Shown here piece by piece: positions 29,006-37,185 of a DNA stretch of 64,000 nt. Origin of the DNA: Candidatus Bathyarchaeota archaeon (GTDB lineage: Archaea; Thermoproteota; Bathyarchaeia; Bathyarchaeales; Bathycorpusculaceae); assembly GCA_963811105.1 (NCBI GenBank), contig CAWEPZ010000011.1, positions 1,434,332-1,498,331 on the forward strand. Direction: 5' to 3'. The notes under the pieces are model-generated. The model was not told where the DNA came from, made no database searches, and saw only the letters and a program-made list of their open reading frames with translations. Every line of letters starts with the position of its first letter. The first letter of the stretch is position 1. The position numbers were made by a program, and so were the translations under genes.

Positions 29006-31093
29006 TCAATGGGTTTTTGGTTGATAGACGCACCAGGGGTCTTCTGTTAAATAATCGTTTCTGACCTCTGTTGGTTCATGAAGGTCACCGCAGTAATCGA
29101 TGAAATCACTTGAAAGTCCATAAGCGCGCGCTCTGCAACCGCCACATATAGTACGGTATTCGCATTCGCCGCATTTACCCTTCAAAGAGTTCGGGTCTCG
29201 TAAAGTTTTGAATATTGGTGAGTTAAACCAAATTTCTTTAAAGCTTTTTTCTCGAATGTTCCCCAGTTTGATTGGAAGGTACGGGCAGGGGGTTACATCC
29301 CCGTTAGGGTAAATACGGCAGTAGTATAAGCCTGCCATGCAGCCACGAACCCACTGCCTCATGTCTAAGCCCATGCCTTTGGCGATGCGCATAAATTGTG
29401 GCGCACAGGAGGGTCTCACGTTCAACTTGTGCTTGGCGACTTTAGCGAATGTGTTGGTGATCATATCTTCGTATTTTTGAGGTGAGATGTCTGTTAGTTT
29501 GATTCCGCGCCCTGTTGGAACAAGGAAGAACAGGTGAAAATTTTCTACGCCTATGCCTTCAGCCAATGACATTATTTCGTCAATTTGATTGTAGTTTTGC
29601 TGAGTTAAGGTTGTATTTACCTGGACGAGCACATTGCTATTTCTCAGGGCTTTGCATGCGTTCACTGCTTTTTCCCATGCGCCAACTACGCCCCTGAACT
29701 CGTCGTGCTGTGCTGGAATTTGGGAGTCTAGACTGATCGAAACCGTTGCTATTCCCGCCGCTTTTAATTTGGCAGCTACGGTGTCGTCGATGAGGCTGCC
29801 GTTGCTTCCGAGCCCCATTTTTAAACCTTTAGATGCGCCATACTCAATGATCTCAAAGATGTCTGGGCGCAGCAGAGGTTCACCACCGCTGAGTATAAGC
29901 AATGGCTTGCTAACTTGGCATATTTGATCCATTAGTTTTTTTGCTTCTTCAGTGGTCAGTTCATTATCTAGCTTCTTTTCTGTTGCGTTAATGTAACAAT
30001 GGCTACATTTCATGTTGCATTCGCGAGTAACGTTCCAAGACATTACTAGCGGAACAAACCTTTCTGATGTGGTGGCTTCTGGTGAATAAGCCAGTCTAAG
30101 GTAGAATTCGCAGTTGCCCTTGGAGGCCATTAGTCTAGGCTGCCACAAAGTAAACGGGAAGGGCAGAACCGTGTCGAGCATTGCTTTGGCGTGAGCAAAA
30201 CAGAAATGCCTACAAAACAGCGCCGAAACCTTGTCGTTCACACCGTATTTTTCAGCTGCGTACCTGTGGCTTCCAAAGATTGGGCAGTTCAGAAACTCCA
30301 TATGCCCATCGAGCTTTTCTATGTTCATAGTGTAGTTGATAAAGTGATCGCTTAGCATGATTGATTGCAGTTTTTCTCTTCGCATGCCGACCCTCAATGT
30401 CACGTCGAGGGCAATGTTAACTGTATCTCGACCGAACTTCTCCTGCACTCGAGCCATTGCATTCTCAAGTGATTGTATACCAACAGTCTTTGCAAGTGCT
30501 GCTGTTACGAGTAAGCCTTTGATTGTTTCGTATTCTTGTATGAGTCGCATCCGTATAACTTGTTCTGCCCATTCACTGAACAATTCTTCGAATGCTTGGG
30601 TTGCTTGGGGGTTAAGGTTGTTTAGGAGGGTTTCGACTTTCTTGTTTTCCTGCTTTAACTTGGTAAATAGAGCGATTTTTGCTTCTGTTCCCAACCGTGG
30701 ACTTTTAGGAATATCTTTGAAAGCTAGTTGGAGTGAGGCTATTTCTTTGGTTAATTCTTTAGCGTCAGATTCGAAATCGCCATAAATCTCGTTTAAATGT
30801 GCCGATATGTCAGGCATCTCGGCGTTAAGTTCGTCGAGAATTACGCGGGTTTCCGACTCCATCTTCGTTACCATTGCCATGTGGTACAAGAGTGAGCCAG
30901 CCATGCCTGGGTCAGCATGTTTGCCGCCCGTTGTTCCTGTGAAGATTTGATTAGACAGTCGCTTTGCGTAATCAAAATCTTGTTTTTCTATGGCGTCTTG
31001 GGCTTGCTTTAGCTTTTGGTATCTGGAAAGTAGGAGTTGCGCCCATTTATGGCATTGTCTAACGTCAAAGTTAGTTAACGCGTCCACGTCCAT
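29006..31093 (-). CDS. Radical SAM/SPASM protein (AhbC/AhbD/NirJ-like) with ~345-aa N-terminal extension
   Basis: WNVTRECNMKCSHCY, SGGEPL, GCMAG..CRI.PNG.VTPC, GKCGECEY..CGGCRARA, EDPWC. Confidence 0.9.
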   Translation of the reverse strand: MDVDALTNFDVRQCHKWAQLLLSRYQKLKQAQDAIEKQDFDYAKRLSNQIFTGTTGGKHADPGMAGSLLYHMAMVTKMESETRVILDELNAEMPDISAHLNEIYGDFESDAKELTKEIASLQLAFKDIPKSPRLGTEAKIALFTKLKQENKKVETLLNNLNPQATQAFEELFSEWAEQVIRMRLIQEYETIKGLLVTAALAKTVGIQSLENAMARVQEKFGRDTVNIALDVTLRVGMRREKLQSIMLSDHFINYTMNIEKLDGHMEFLNCPIFGSHRYAAEKYGVNDKVSALFCRHFCFAHAKAMLDTVLPFPFTLWQPRLMASKGNCEFYLRLAYSPEATTSERFVPLVMSWNVTRECNMKCSHCYINATEKKLDNELTTEEAKKLMDQICQVSKPLLILSGGEPLLRPDIFEIIEYGASKGLKMGLGSNGSLIDDTVAAKLKAAGIATVSISLDSQIPAQHDEFRGVVGAWEKAVNACKALRNSNVLVQVNTTLTQQNYNQIDEIMSLAEGIGVENFHLFFLVPTGRGIKLTDISPQKYEDMITNTFAKVAKHKLNVRPSCAPQFMRIAKGMGLDMRQWVRGCMAGLYYCRIYPNGDVTPCPYLPIKLGNIREKSFKEIWFNSPIFKTLRDPNSLKGKCGECEYRTICGGCRARAYGLSSDFIDYCGDLHEPTEVRNDYLTEDPWCVYQPKTH

Positions 31094-31223
31094 GAAGCTT
31101 AGTGATACCCACTTGATGGTAAAAAAGGTTAATGGAACTTGAACTGTCTATCAATAGCCCATATCTATTGTAAAAGTCGATTCGACAAGCTAATTAAACT
31201 CCTGTGGGAACATAGCCAACTTG

Positions 31224-31379
31224 AAAGTGGTGTAACTATGAAGGTGAACGCGTCTTCTAAAGTAAGGAAGGAACTATTAGAGGCAGCTTGGAGAAGAGCT
31301 GAAGCGAACTGTCCAGTATTGTATATTTTCCAAAGACCCAATTTCTGTAAAAGTTTATTTTGAAGGAAGATCAGAATAA
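31224..31379 (+). pseudogene. OsmC C-terminal fragment (paralog of 21060-21476)
   Basis: SGVTMKVNASSKVRKELLEAAWRRAEANCPVL, then frameshift; N-terminal half absent. Confidence 0.8.
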
Positions 31380-31422
31380 AGCTGTCCGATTTTGCTTTTT
31401 CAAGGAAAAAGGAGGTGATTGA

Positions 31423-31707
31423 GTGTTATTTGAGGCAACACATAAACATCAAGCGTCTCAGTGTCCTCTGATCACATCTGAGGGCAAGGGTATGCTCAAA
31501 AGACTGTTTTCAGATGAGAACGTTGAGAATGCAGGAGTTAAAATAGTCGCTGGTTACATGAGCTGTCCGAAAGACACCGCAGATGATCACAAAGGTTTCT
31601 TCACGATAGAGGCGGCCGATCCGATAACTGTTTCAAAATTCTTTGGTCAAATGGCTGTTGAAGTAAGACCAGTCAAGCCATTGAGCGAAGTTGCAAAAAC
31701 TCTATAG
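31423..31707 (+). CDS. Small HxHxxxxCP...CP...H protein, copy A
   Basis: GGAGGTGA RBS; 63/94 identical to 40861-41145. Confidence 0.85.
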   Translation: MLFEATHKHQASQCPLITSEGKGMLKRLFSDENVENAGVKIVAGYMSCPKDTADDHKGFFTIEAADPITVSKFFGQMAVEVRPVKPLSEVAKTL

Positions 31708-32122
31708 CAAGAAACCGCAATTGCCTTTCTTTTTAGCAATCAATCATATTCGCAAACACCTCTCGCTTATCAGGTAATTTCAGATTCCCCTTTTTGAGTG
31801 TAAAATTACAAAATGTGATGCATTTGTTTACATGAAACTTCCTGGTTCATCATTTCTTAAGTTGTTTCAATCCTCTTGTAACTCTAAGCGAATTCTACTC
31901 TTTACGAAATAGAACAAGTGGCTTGCCTGCTTCTTTTCTTGAAATTCTCTTGATTTCGGTTAAATCAGAATTACTTAAGCGCTCACAAGGGTCAGAAAGT
32001 TGAAATTCTTCCAGAATAAAATTTATTTCACCATCAGAGTATCAACCTTATTTACCCTTAACCGTTTCATGAATGGCCTGCATCTCGAATATAACACGTG
32101 ACAGTATTAAATAAGCAAAAAT

Positions 32123-32153
32123 CACTAATACATTTCGTCTATAAAAATAGACT
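32123..32153. promoter_or_regulatory. Variant operator motif copy 4
   Basis: CACTAATAC-ATTTC-GTCTAT-AAAA-ATAGAC-T; still palindromic. Confidence 0.5.
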
Positions 32154-32286
32154 AATATATCGCAGAGGTAAATTTTATAGTTTACTGCAGTTATTTGCTT
32201 CACCATTTTCACCGGAAAAAAACCGTAATAAAATGATTCAAAATGTTACACACAGATAAAAAAATAAGCATCAATTACTTTTATAG

Positions 32287-32652
32287 TCACCATTTTGTCA
32301 GGTAAACCTTGTCTCTTTCCTTGAATCCACGGATTAGTTCACAGTGACGGAGAATAGCAAATTCCTGCTCTAATTCCTCTGCTTTAATATTTAGAATTTT
32401 AAGTAATTCTTCTTTTGTGATTTTGCCGTGTTCCTCTATGGTGTGGTAGATTTTTTGCTGTAACTCAGTTAAGCCTGAACTGCCTGATTGTCCTAATTGT
32501 TTTCGAACAGATAAGGCTGATGACACAGCCATTGGATCACAAGCCTTGGGCGGATTAGTTTCATACATGCAACAGTCCTCACATAGGTATTTACCATTAA
32601 GACTGTAACCTTCTTCTTTCTTGAGGTCTAAACCACAACGGTCACATCGCAT
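32287..32652 (-). CDS. Zn-finger (CxxC...CxxC) plus winged-helix hypothetical protein
   Basis: CDRCG..LCEDC..PKACDP; LTELQQKIYHTI..GKIT.EEL. Confidence 0.8.
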   Translation of the reverse strand: MRCDRCGLDLKKEEGYSLNGKYLCEDCCMYETNPPKACDPMAVSSALSVRKQLGQSGSSGLTELQQKIYHTIEEHGKITKEELLKILNIKAEELEQEFAILRHCELIRGFKERDKVYLTKW

Positions 32653-32766
32653 ATTAAAGCCAATCTAGTGCTGCCAGTCCTTGTTTATTTCCTTTGCTAA
32701 AGAATTTTTCAACCAGCGCACATTAATACTCGATTGATTTTCGCATAACCGATTGAGGCGTTAGCA

Positions 32767-33363
32767 TTGAAAAATCATAGTGATAATCATACCGATCGTG
32801 CCAAGTTCTTAATGTCTGAAGAAAGAAAACAATGGCATAATCCAGAAAACATCTTAAAACTTGCAGGTGCCACAAAAGGGATGATTATGGCCGATTTAGG
32901 CTCAGGACCTGGCTTCTTTACTATTCCGATGGCTCAGATAGTTGGAGAAAATGGTCTCGTATATGCTATTGATAGTAATCAGAATATGCTAGATAGCTTG
33001 AAGAAGAACATTGCCAAGTCGGGAGTGAATTCAAAAGTGATTAAAATTATTAATAGCGATGTGTGCCATACAGGAATTCCTAAAGAATATCTCGACCTTG
33101 TCCTTTTTGCCAACGTTCTTCATGAAGTAGATGACAGGAAAGCTTTCTTTCAAGAGATTAGACGCATATCTAAACTCACAGCAAATATCGTTGATGTGGA
33201 CTGGAAAAAGATTCAAACGGAGCATGGACCGCCACTAGAAAGTCGCCTATCCGAATATGAGGCTAACCAGATTCTTTCAGAAAGTGGATTTACAGTTGTA
33301 AAACAAACTGATGCAGGACCATATCATTATGAGTTAATTTGCAAGCCAACAGTTCAATCGTAA
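32767..33363 (+). CDS. Class I SAM-dependent methyltransferase
   Basis: ADLGSGPGFFT, VYAID, ANVLHE, DWKK..GPP. Confidence 0.88.
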   Translation: MKNHSDNHTDRAKFLMSEERKQWHNPENILKLAGATKGMIMADLGSGPGFFTIPMAQIVGENGLVYAIDSNQNMLDSLKKNIAKSGVNSKVIKIINSDVCHTGIPKEYLDLVLFANVLHEVDDRKAFFQEIRRISKLTANIVDVDWKKIQTEHGPPLESRLSEYEANQILSESGFTVVKQTDAGPYHYELICKPTVQS

Positions 33364-33399
33364 GATCTATAGCTGTTCTAAATTTGTGACTTTTGTTTT

Positions 33400-33783
33400 T
33401 TACGCTTGTTGTAAGTGTTTTTGAAGGTCTAATTCGAAGCTATCTACGAGTGCAGTTAGGCTTTCAGTGATTTCCTTTACACGCTCAAGTGCGTGCTTTT
33501 TTATTGTTGTTGGGTCAAGCATAGCGTAAGTGTGGTAATATCCGCCGCCTTTGAGGGATTTTGACTGCCTATTTACTAAATTTATGCTAACAAGCTTAGA
33601 AAGACAGCGGTGTACTGAGCTTCGATCCTTCTGCACTATTTTTGCGATTTGATCAAGTGTAGCGTTTTCATTTTTTGCCAGCTCAGCGAGGACTTCAAGG
33701 TCTGAGGGTTTTAGGTTGTATAAGCATGTAAGTAAGTCGGCGCAGGAGGCGCCCTTTCTTGTTAGTAGGTTAATGCTGTCCAT
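33400..33783 (-). CDS. Archaeal TrmB-like HTH transcriptional regulator
   Basis: CxDLLTCLYNL, KDRSSVHRCLSKL, GGYYHTY. Confidence 0.85.
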   Translation of the reverse strand: MDSINLLTRKGASCADLLTCLYNLKPSDLEVLAELAKNENATLDQIAKIVQKDRSSVHRCLSKLVSINLVNRQSKSLKGGGYYHTYAMLDPTTIKKHALERVKEITESLTALVDSFELDLQKHLQQA

Positions 33784-33824
33784 AAGAAGTGATTATCTAA
33801 TCTCCCATATAAACGATATTGTTA

Positions 33825-33839
33825 GGTATTGACAATACC
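33825..33839. promoter_or_regulatory. Palindrome in divergent promoter region
   Basis: GGTATTG-A-CAATACC. Confidence 0.45.
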
Positions 33840-33891
33840 GTAAGATATATTTGGAAGAGAACAGCAATCTTACAGCATAGGAAGTATAGCA

Positions 33892-33999
33892 ATGCAGAAA
33901 AAAATTGAATGTCCACACGGTATTCCTGAAGAGCTATGTGACCACTCTCCAACCTGCAAGGTCTGGGTAGCAAGGTTAAACGCTCAAAAACAAGCTTAA
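33892..33999 (+). CDS. 35-aa Cys/His microprotein
   Basis: MQKKIECPHGIPEELCDHSPTCKVWVARLNAQKQA; below the ORF-track cutoff. Confidence 0.55.
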   Translation: MQKKIECPHGIPEELCDHSPTCKVWVARLNAQKQA

Positions 34000-34033
34000 A
34001 ATCCGATCGCGAAGAAAATGAGGTATTTAATGC

Positions 34034-34177
34034 ATGTATCAGGAAAATGAATTAGAACAAATAAGACTTAGAAAAATTCAAGCAATGCTAGACGCCGCCA
34101 AAAAAGGTCAAACACCAGTTGCAAAACCGTCAATAATTCTGACTGATATGTCAATTACTTGGAAGAGGCTGGCATGA
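34034..34177 (+). pseudogene. Thioredoxin N-terminal remnant
   Basis: ENELEQIRLRKIQAML...KPSIILTD resembles the archaeal thioredoxin N-terminal extension; no WCxxC follows. Confidence 0.55.
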
Positions 34178-34653
34178 CAGAACCAAAAAACGGTCGCCCA
34201 ATTTTCTTCCCAGAAAAACTAGTTCTCCTTGGTAACCTAGCGCTTTTCCTATGGATTGTTATTGATTCAGTGGCTTTTCTGCTATATAATTTTACAACAG
34301 GTATCGTGTTCTTTATCCTAACACTTATCTTGATTTATGGTGTACTTCACCTTCTGGGATGCCTACGTCCATGCTACAATTGCATAAAATGCACTCATGG
34401 CATGGGTCGCTTGGCAGCCTTGTACTTTGGCAGACGCATCTTCAAAGACTACAAATACAACTACAAACTGCCCACAGCAATATTTTTCACAATATACATC
34501 GGAGGATTCCCCGCAGCATTCGCACTTTACTCAGCCATCGTAGATTTCACGGCCATCAAAGCAGCAGTGTTTGTGGCTCTCTTAGTGTTTACGATTTATA
34601 GTGCTTTAACATGGCGACCAAGAAAACCAAAAAACCCAAAAGAGGTAGTATAG
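34174..34653 (+). CDS. Four-TM membrane protein with CxxxCxxCxxC loop
   Basis: Hydrophobic helices flanking CLRPCYNCIKC. Confidence 0.75.
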   Translation: MTEPKNGRPIFFPEKLVLLGNLALFLWIVIDSVAFLLYNFTTGIVFFILTLILIYGVLHLLGCLRPCYNCIKCTHGMGRLAALYFGRRIFKDYKYNYKLPTAIFFTIYIGGFPAAFALYSAIVDFTAIKAAVFVALLVFTIYSALTWRPRKPKNPKEVV

Positions 34654-34670
34654 CCTCGGGAGCGTTTAAC

Positions 34671-34775
34671 GTGATTAAGCTTTTGTTGCTTGTTAGCTTA
34701 CTAGGAATTTCGGCGTTTGCTGTAGTCAGTCGGGTTATAAATCGCAATAAGGCGTTGTGGAAACCTTCCAAGTGA
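34671..34775 (+). CDS. 34-aa single-TM peptide
   Basis: MIKLLLLVSLLGISAFAVVSRVINRNKALWKPSK; homologous C-terminus at 22381-22458. Confidence 0.5.
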   Translation: MIKLLLLVSLLGISAFAVVSRVINRNKALWKPSK

Positions 34776-34780
34776 GGGCT

Positions 34781-34845
34781 ATGCATAAGCCTTCATTGAA
34801 CCAAACAGCTGTTTACAATGTGTTGAGTGTCAGGCAGCAAAGGCA
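34781..34845 (+). pseudogene. Truncated ferredoxin remnant (paralog of 22464)
   Basis: ATG, frameshift, AFIEPNSCLQCVECQAAKA, then similarity ends. Confidence 0.7.
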
Positions 34846-34987
34846 CGGGCAGTTTATACAGACTATAAGTTCATACGTGTACAAATCTGGTAAATTGATT
34901 CACTTATCTTTTTTCCTTGTTCTTGATTGATTAGGCAATGCACAATCAGGTGACCTGAACCTGTTCAGGTATGCAACGGACCGCACA

Positions 34988-35689
34988 TTACCTTCTTTGC
35001 AATCGTGGGAAGAACATGGGCGTTTTCTGTTTGTATTGGCGATATTCTTCACCGAATTTTTCCTCAACCTCTTTTTCCTCTATTCTTGCCAAGCGATAAT
35101 ACAGCACGATTAACAATGGCCACATGAGAAGCGTTAGAACCGTCGTGTACTGAATGTTCATGCCTAGCGTTAACAAGAGAAATCCAAGGTATTGCGGATG
35201 GAGGACATAACGGTAGATTCCATCGTTTACAAGCTTGCCTTTGGAGAGGTGTATTTTTCTCCACCCAACCACAATCAGGAGCAAGCCTGCCAGAATCAAA
35301 ACGTTGGAGATGGGCAAGATAAACCAGTGAAAAATCACCATAAATGTACCTGCACCTACTATACCTGCGAGCAGAAACTCAAGCATATAGACTTTGTTGT
35401 AGCCTAAGCCCCAGCTGAAAATATACATAGTTAAGGGAAAACCGTACATTTCAGCGTACAAGGCAACTATGAAAGCTAACGTGGCGCTTGCTGGTAGCCT
35501 AGCCATTCTGCGCCTAAACTGGATGAAAACAATAAAGATAGCGAAAAAGATGATGTTAATGGCTAAAAAAAGCCAATCGCCAAACCCATAGACGGCGACA
35601 GTTAGCCAGAATAAAATGAGCGACAGGATAACTGCCAAAATTATGAGACCAAAAACGTTTGCGTATTTCTTGATTGTTTGCAAAATCAT
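34988..35689 (-). CDS. Isoprenylcysteine carboxyl methyltransferase (Ste14/PEMT) family membrane protein
   Basis: ALYAEMYGFPLT, GIYRYVLHPQYLG, EEK..EEKFGEEY..Y...P.F.P. Confidence 0.88.
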   Translation of the reverse strand: MILQTIKKYANVFGLIILAVILSLILFWLTVAVYGFGDWLFLAINIIFFAIFIVFIQFRRRMARLPASATLAFIVALYAEMYGFPLTMYIFSWGLGYNKVYMLEFLLAGIVGAGTFMVIFHWFILPISNVLILAGLLLIVVGWRKIHLSKGKLVNDGIYRYVLHPQYLGFLLLTLGMNIQYTTVLTLLMWPLLIVLYYRLARIEEKEVEEKFGEEYRQYKQKTPMFFPRLQRR

Positions 35690-35690
35690 C

Positions 35691-37013
35691 TTACCCTTCG
35701 TTATCTAATTTGGGAGCCATCTGCCGGATTAGCTTGTTTTTTCCTCTTCTTACTTTTGCGAGATATACTACCCCGACCACTAAAGCAATTGCGATTGCTG
35801 CCATTGTTATCGCATAGAATTCAACAGTAACCTGTGAAGCTTCCGAAGATCCAGCGTCCCAAGGTTTCATTAAAGGATAATTATCCACATTGTTCGAGTC
35901 CATAACATACGGTATGTCGCAGACGCCGTCGCTTCCGGTTTGGTTTTGCCAAGCCCCACTTTTAACGTCGACTCCTTTGTAATTACTCCAGTAGTTACCG
36001 CCGCTTGGGTAGCAGTTATCCCATGAATTGATGTTTTCTCCATAAAGCAATGATTGTCTTGGGTTAGCCATCAAGTTGTTGTGGTAGAACTTGTTATCTG
36101 AGGAATAGGATAAGAAGATCCCATATCCGCCATTGTCCTTCAGAGTGTTGCCTTCTATAGTGCAGTCAGAAGAGTTCACTAAGGCTATTCCGCCCCAAAT
36201 GTTCTCGCTGATATTATTGCCAATTACTGTGCAGCTAGAGCTTTCTATTAGCCATACGCTGTCCTCCCCTAGGGAGCTTGTTGTGTTAGTCACTGTTGAA
36301 TTTGTAGTGTAAGCAAGTAGGACGTTCTGCCAATTCTCTCTCAAACTGGAGCCTGAAACGGTAATATCGGTGCAGTTTATGGCCGCTATGTAACCTGCAT
36401 TCTTTGGGGTCTGTTTGCCTGATTGGTTAACCCAGTAAATTATTGGTTTACCATCTACCGTGTTTGACGTCCCAATGTCTTGGATGTAGCCTTCAAGGTT
36501 GCTACTGTAGACTCCAAAATTAAATTTGTTCGCCGCTAGATTGTTGTTTTGTAATTGACTTTTGTCTGATTGAAGCATGTAGATGCCGATGTTGTTGTTT
36601 ACCACTAAATTGTCAGAGATGGATGAGCCCACGGAGTAGTTTAGATATATACCACTGTCGGTAAAGTTATTTCCGCTGTTTTGAATAGTAAACTCACGTA
36701 CAACAGTATCATTTGCGTTTATCCAGACAACTGTGCCTTTATCGCCGCCATCAATTATGGTTAACGTTTTATCTTCGCCCTCCAAAGATATCGGCTTATC
36801 AATTACTATATTTTCATTGTAGATTCCTTTCTTTACAAAAATTGTGTCTCCCATAGAGGCTTTAGCTATTGCTCCACTTATTGAGGGGTAATCTTGAGGG
36901 ACAACAATGGTTTTTTCAGTGGCTCTTACTGGTTGAAAAGAAACATCGATCAAACTTAGGAATGTCAAAAGGAAGAGGATCATGACAAATGTTGCTTTGT
37001 AATAATTTGTCAT
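35691..37013 (-). CDS. NosD/CASH beta-helix surface protein
   Basis: IVVPQDYPSI..AI, GIYNENIVI, NNNIGI repeats, GGNYWS, D.YPL, C-terminal TM. Confidence 0.88.
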   Translation of the reverse strand: MTNYYKATFVMILFLLTFLSLIDVSFQPVRATEKTIVVPQDYPSISGAIAKASMGDTIFVKKGIYNENIVIDKPISLEGEDKTLTIIDGGDKGTVVWINANDTVVREFTIQNSGNNFTDSGIYLNYSVGSSISDNLVVNNNIGIYMLQSDKSQLQNNNLAANKFNFGVYSSNLEGYIQDIGTSNTVDGKPIIYWVNQSGKQTPKNAGYIAAINCTDITVSGSSLRENWQNVLLAYTTNSTVTNTTSSLGEDSVWLIESSSCTVIGNNISENIWGGIALVNSSDCTIEGNTLKDNGGYGIFLSYSSDNKFYHNNLMANPRQSLLYGENINSWDNCYPSGGNYWSNYKGVDVKSGAWQNQTGSDGVCDIPYVMDSNNVDNYPLMKPWDAGSSEASQVTVEFYAITMAAIAIALVVGVVYLAKVRRGKNKLIRQMAPKLDNEG

Positions 37014-37185
37014 TGTTATATAATATCCTTGAATTCTTAAAAATGTATTTTTCTTAATTTCTAATAGCGATTTTAAAGTTAAAAGGGACTTTGTTCTTAA
37101 ATGCATAACTGAATGTAGCTCGAAACACGATTAGATTAAAAAAACCATTTGAGTTTAAGCAGTTGCACTCTTGCCATTTTGCTCC

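Noticed and set aside
31730-32095. Short minus-strand frames (IFEMQAIHETVKGK*; EEFQLSDPCERL...KE*)
   Set aside because: They look like coding remnants but no family or canonical start could be assigned.
34953-34970. Dyad ACCTGAAC-CT-GTTCAGGT
   Set aside because: Single occurrence between convergent units; cannot separate terminator from chance.
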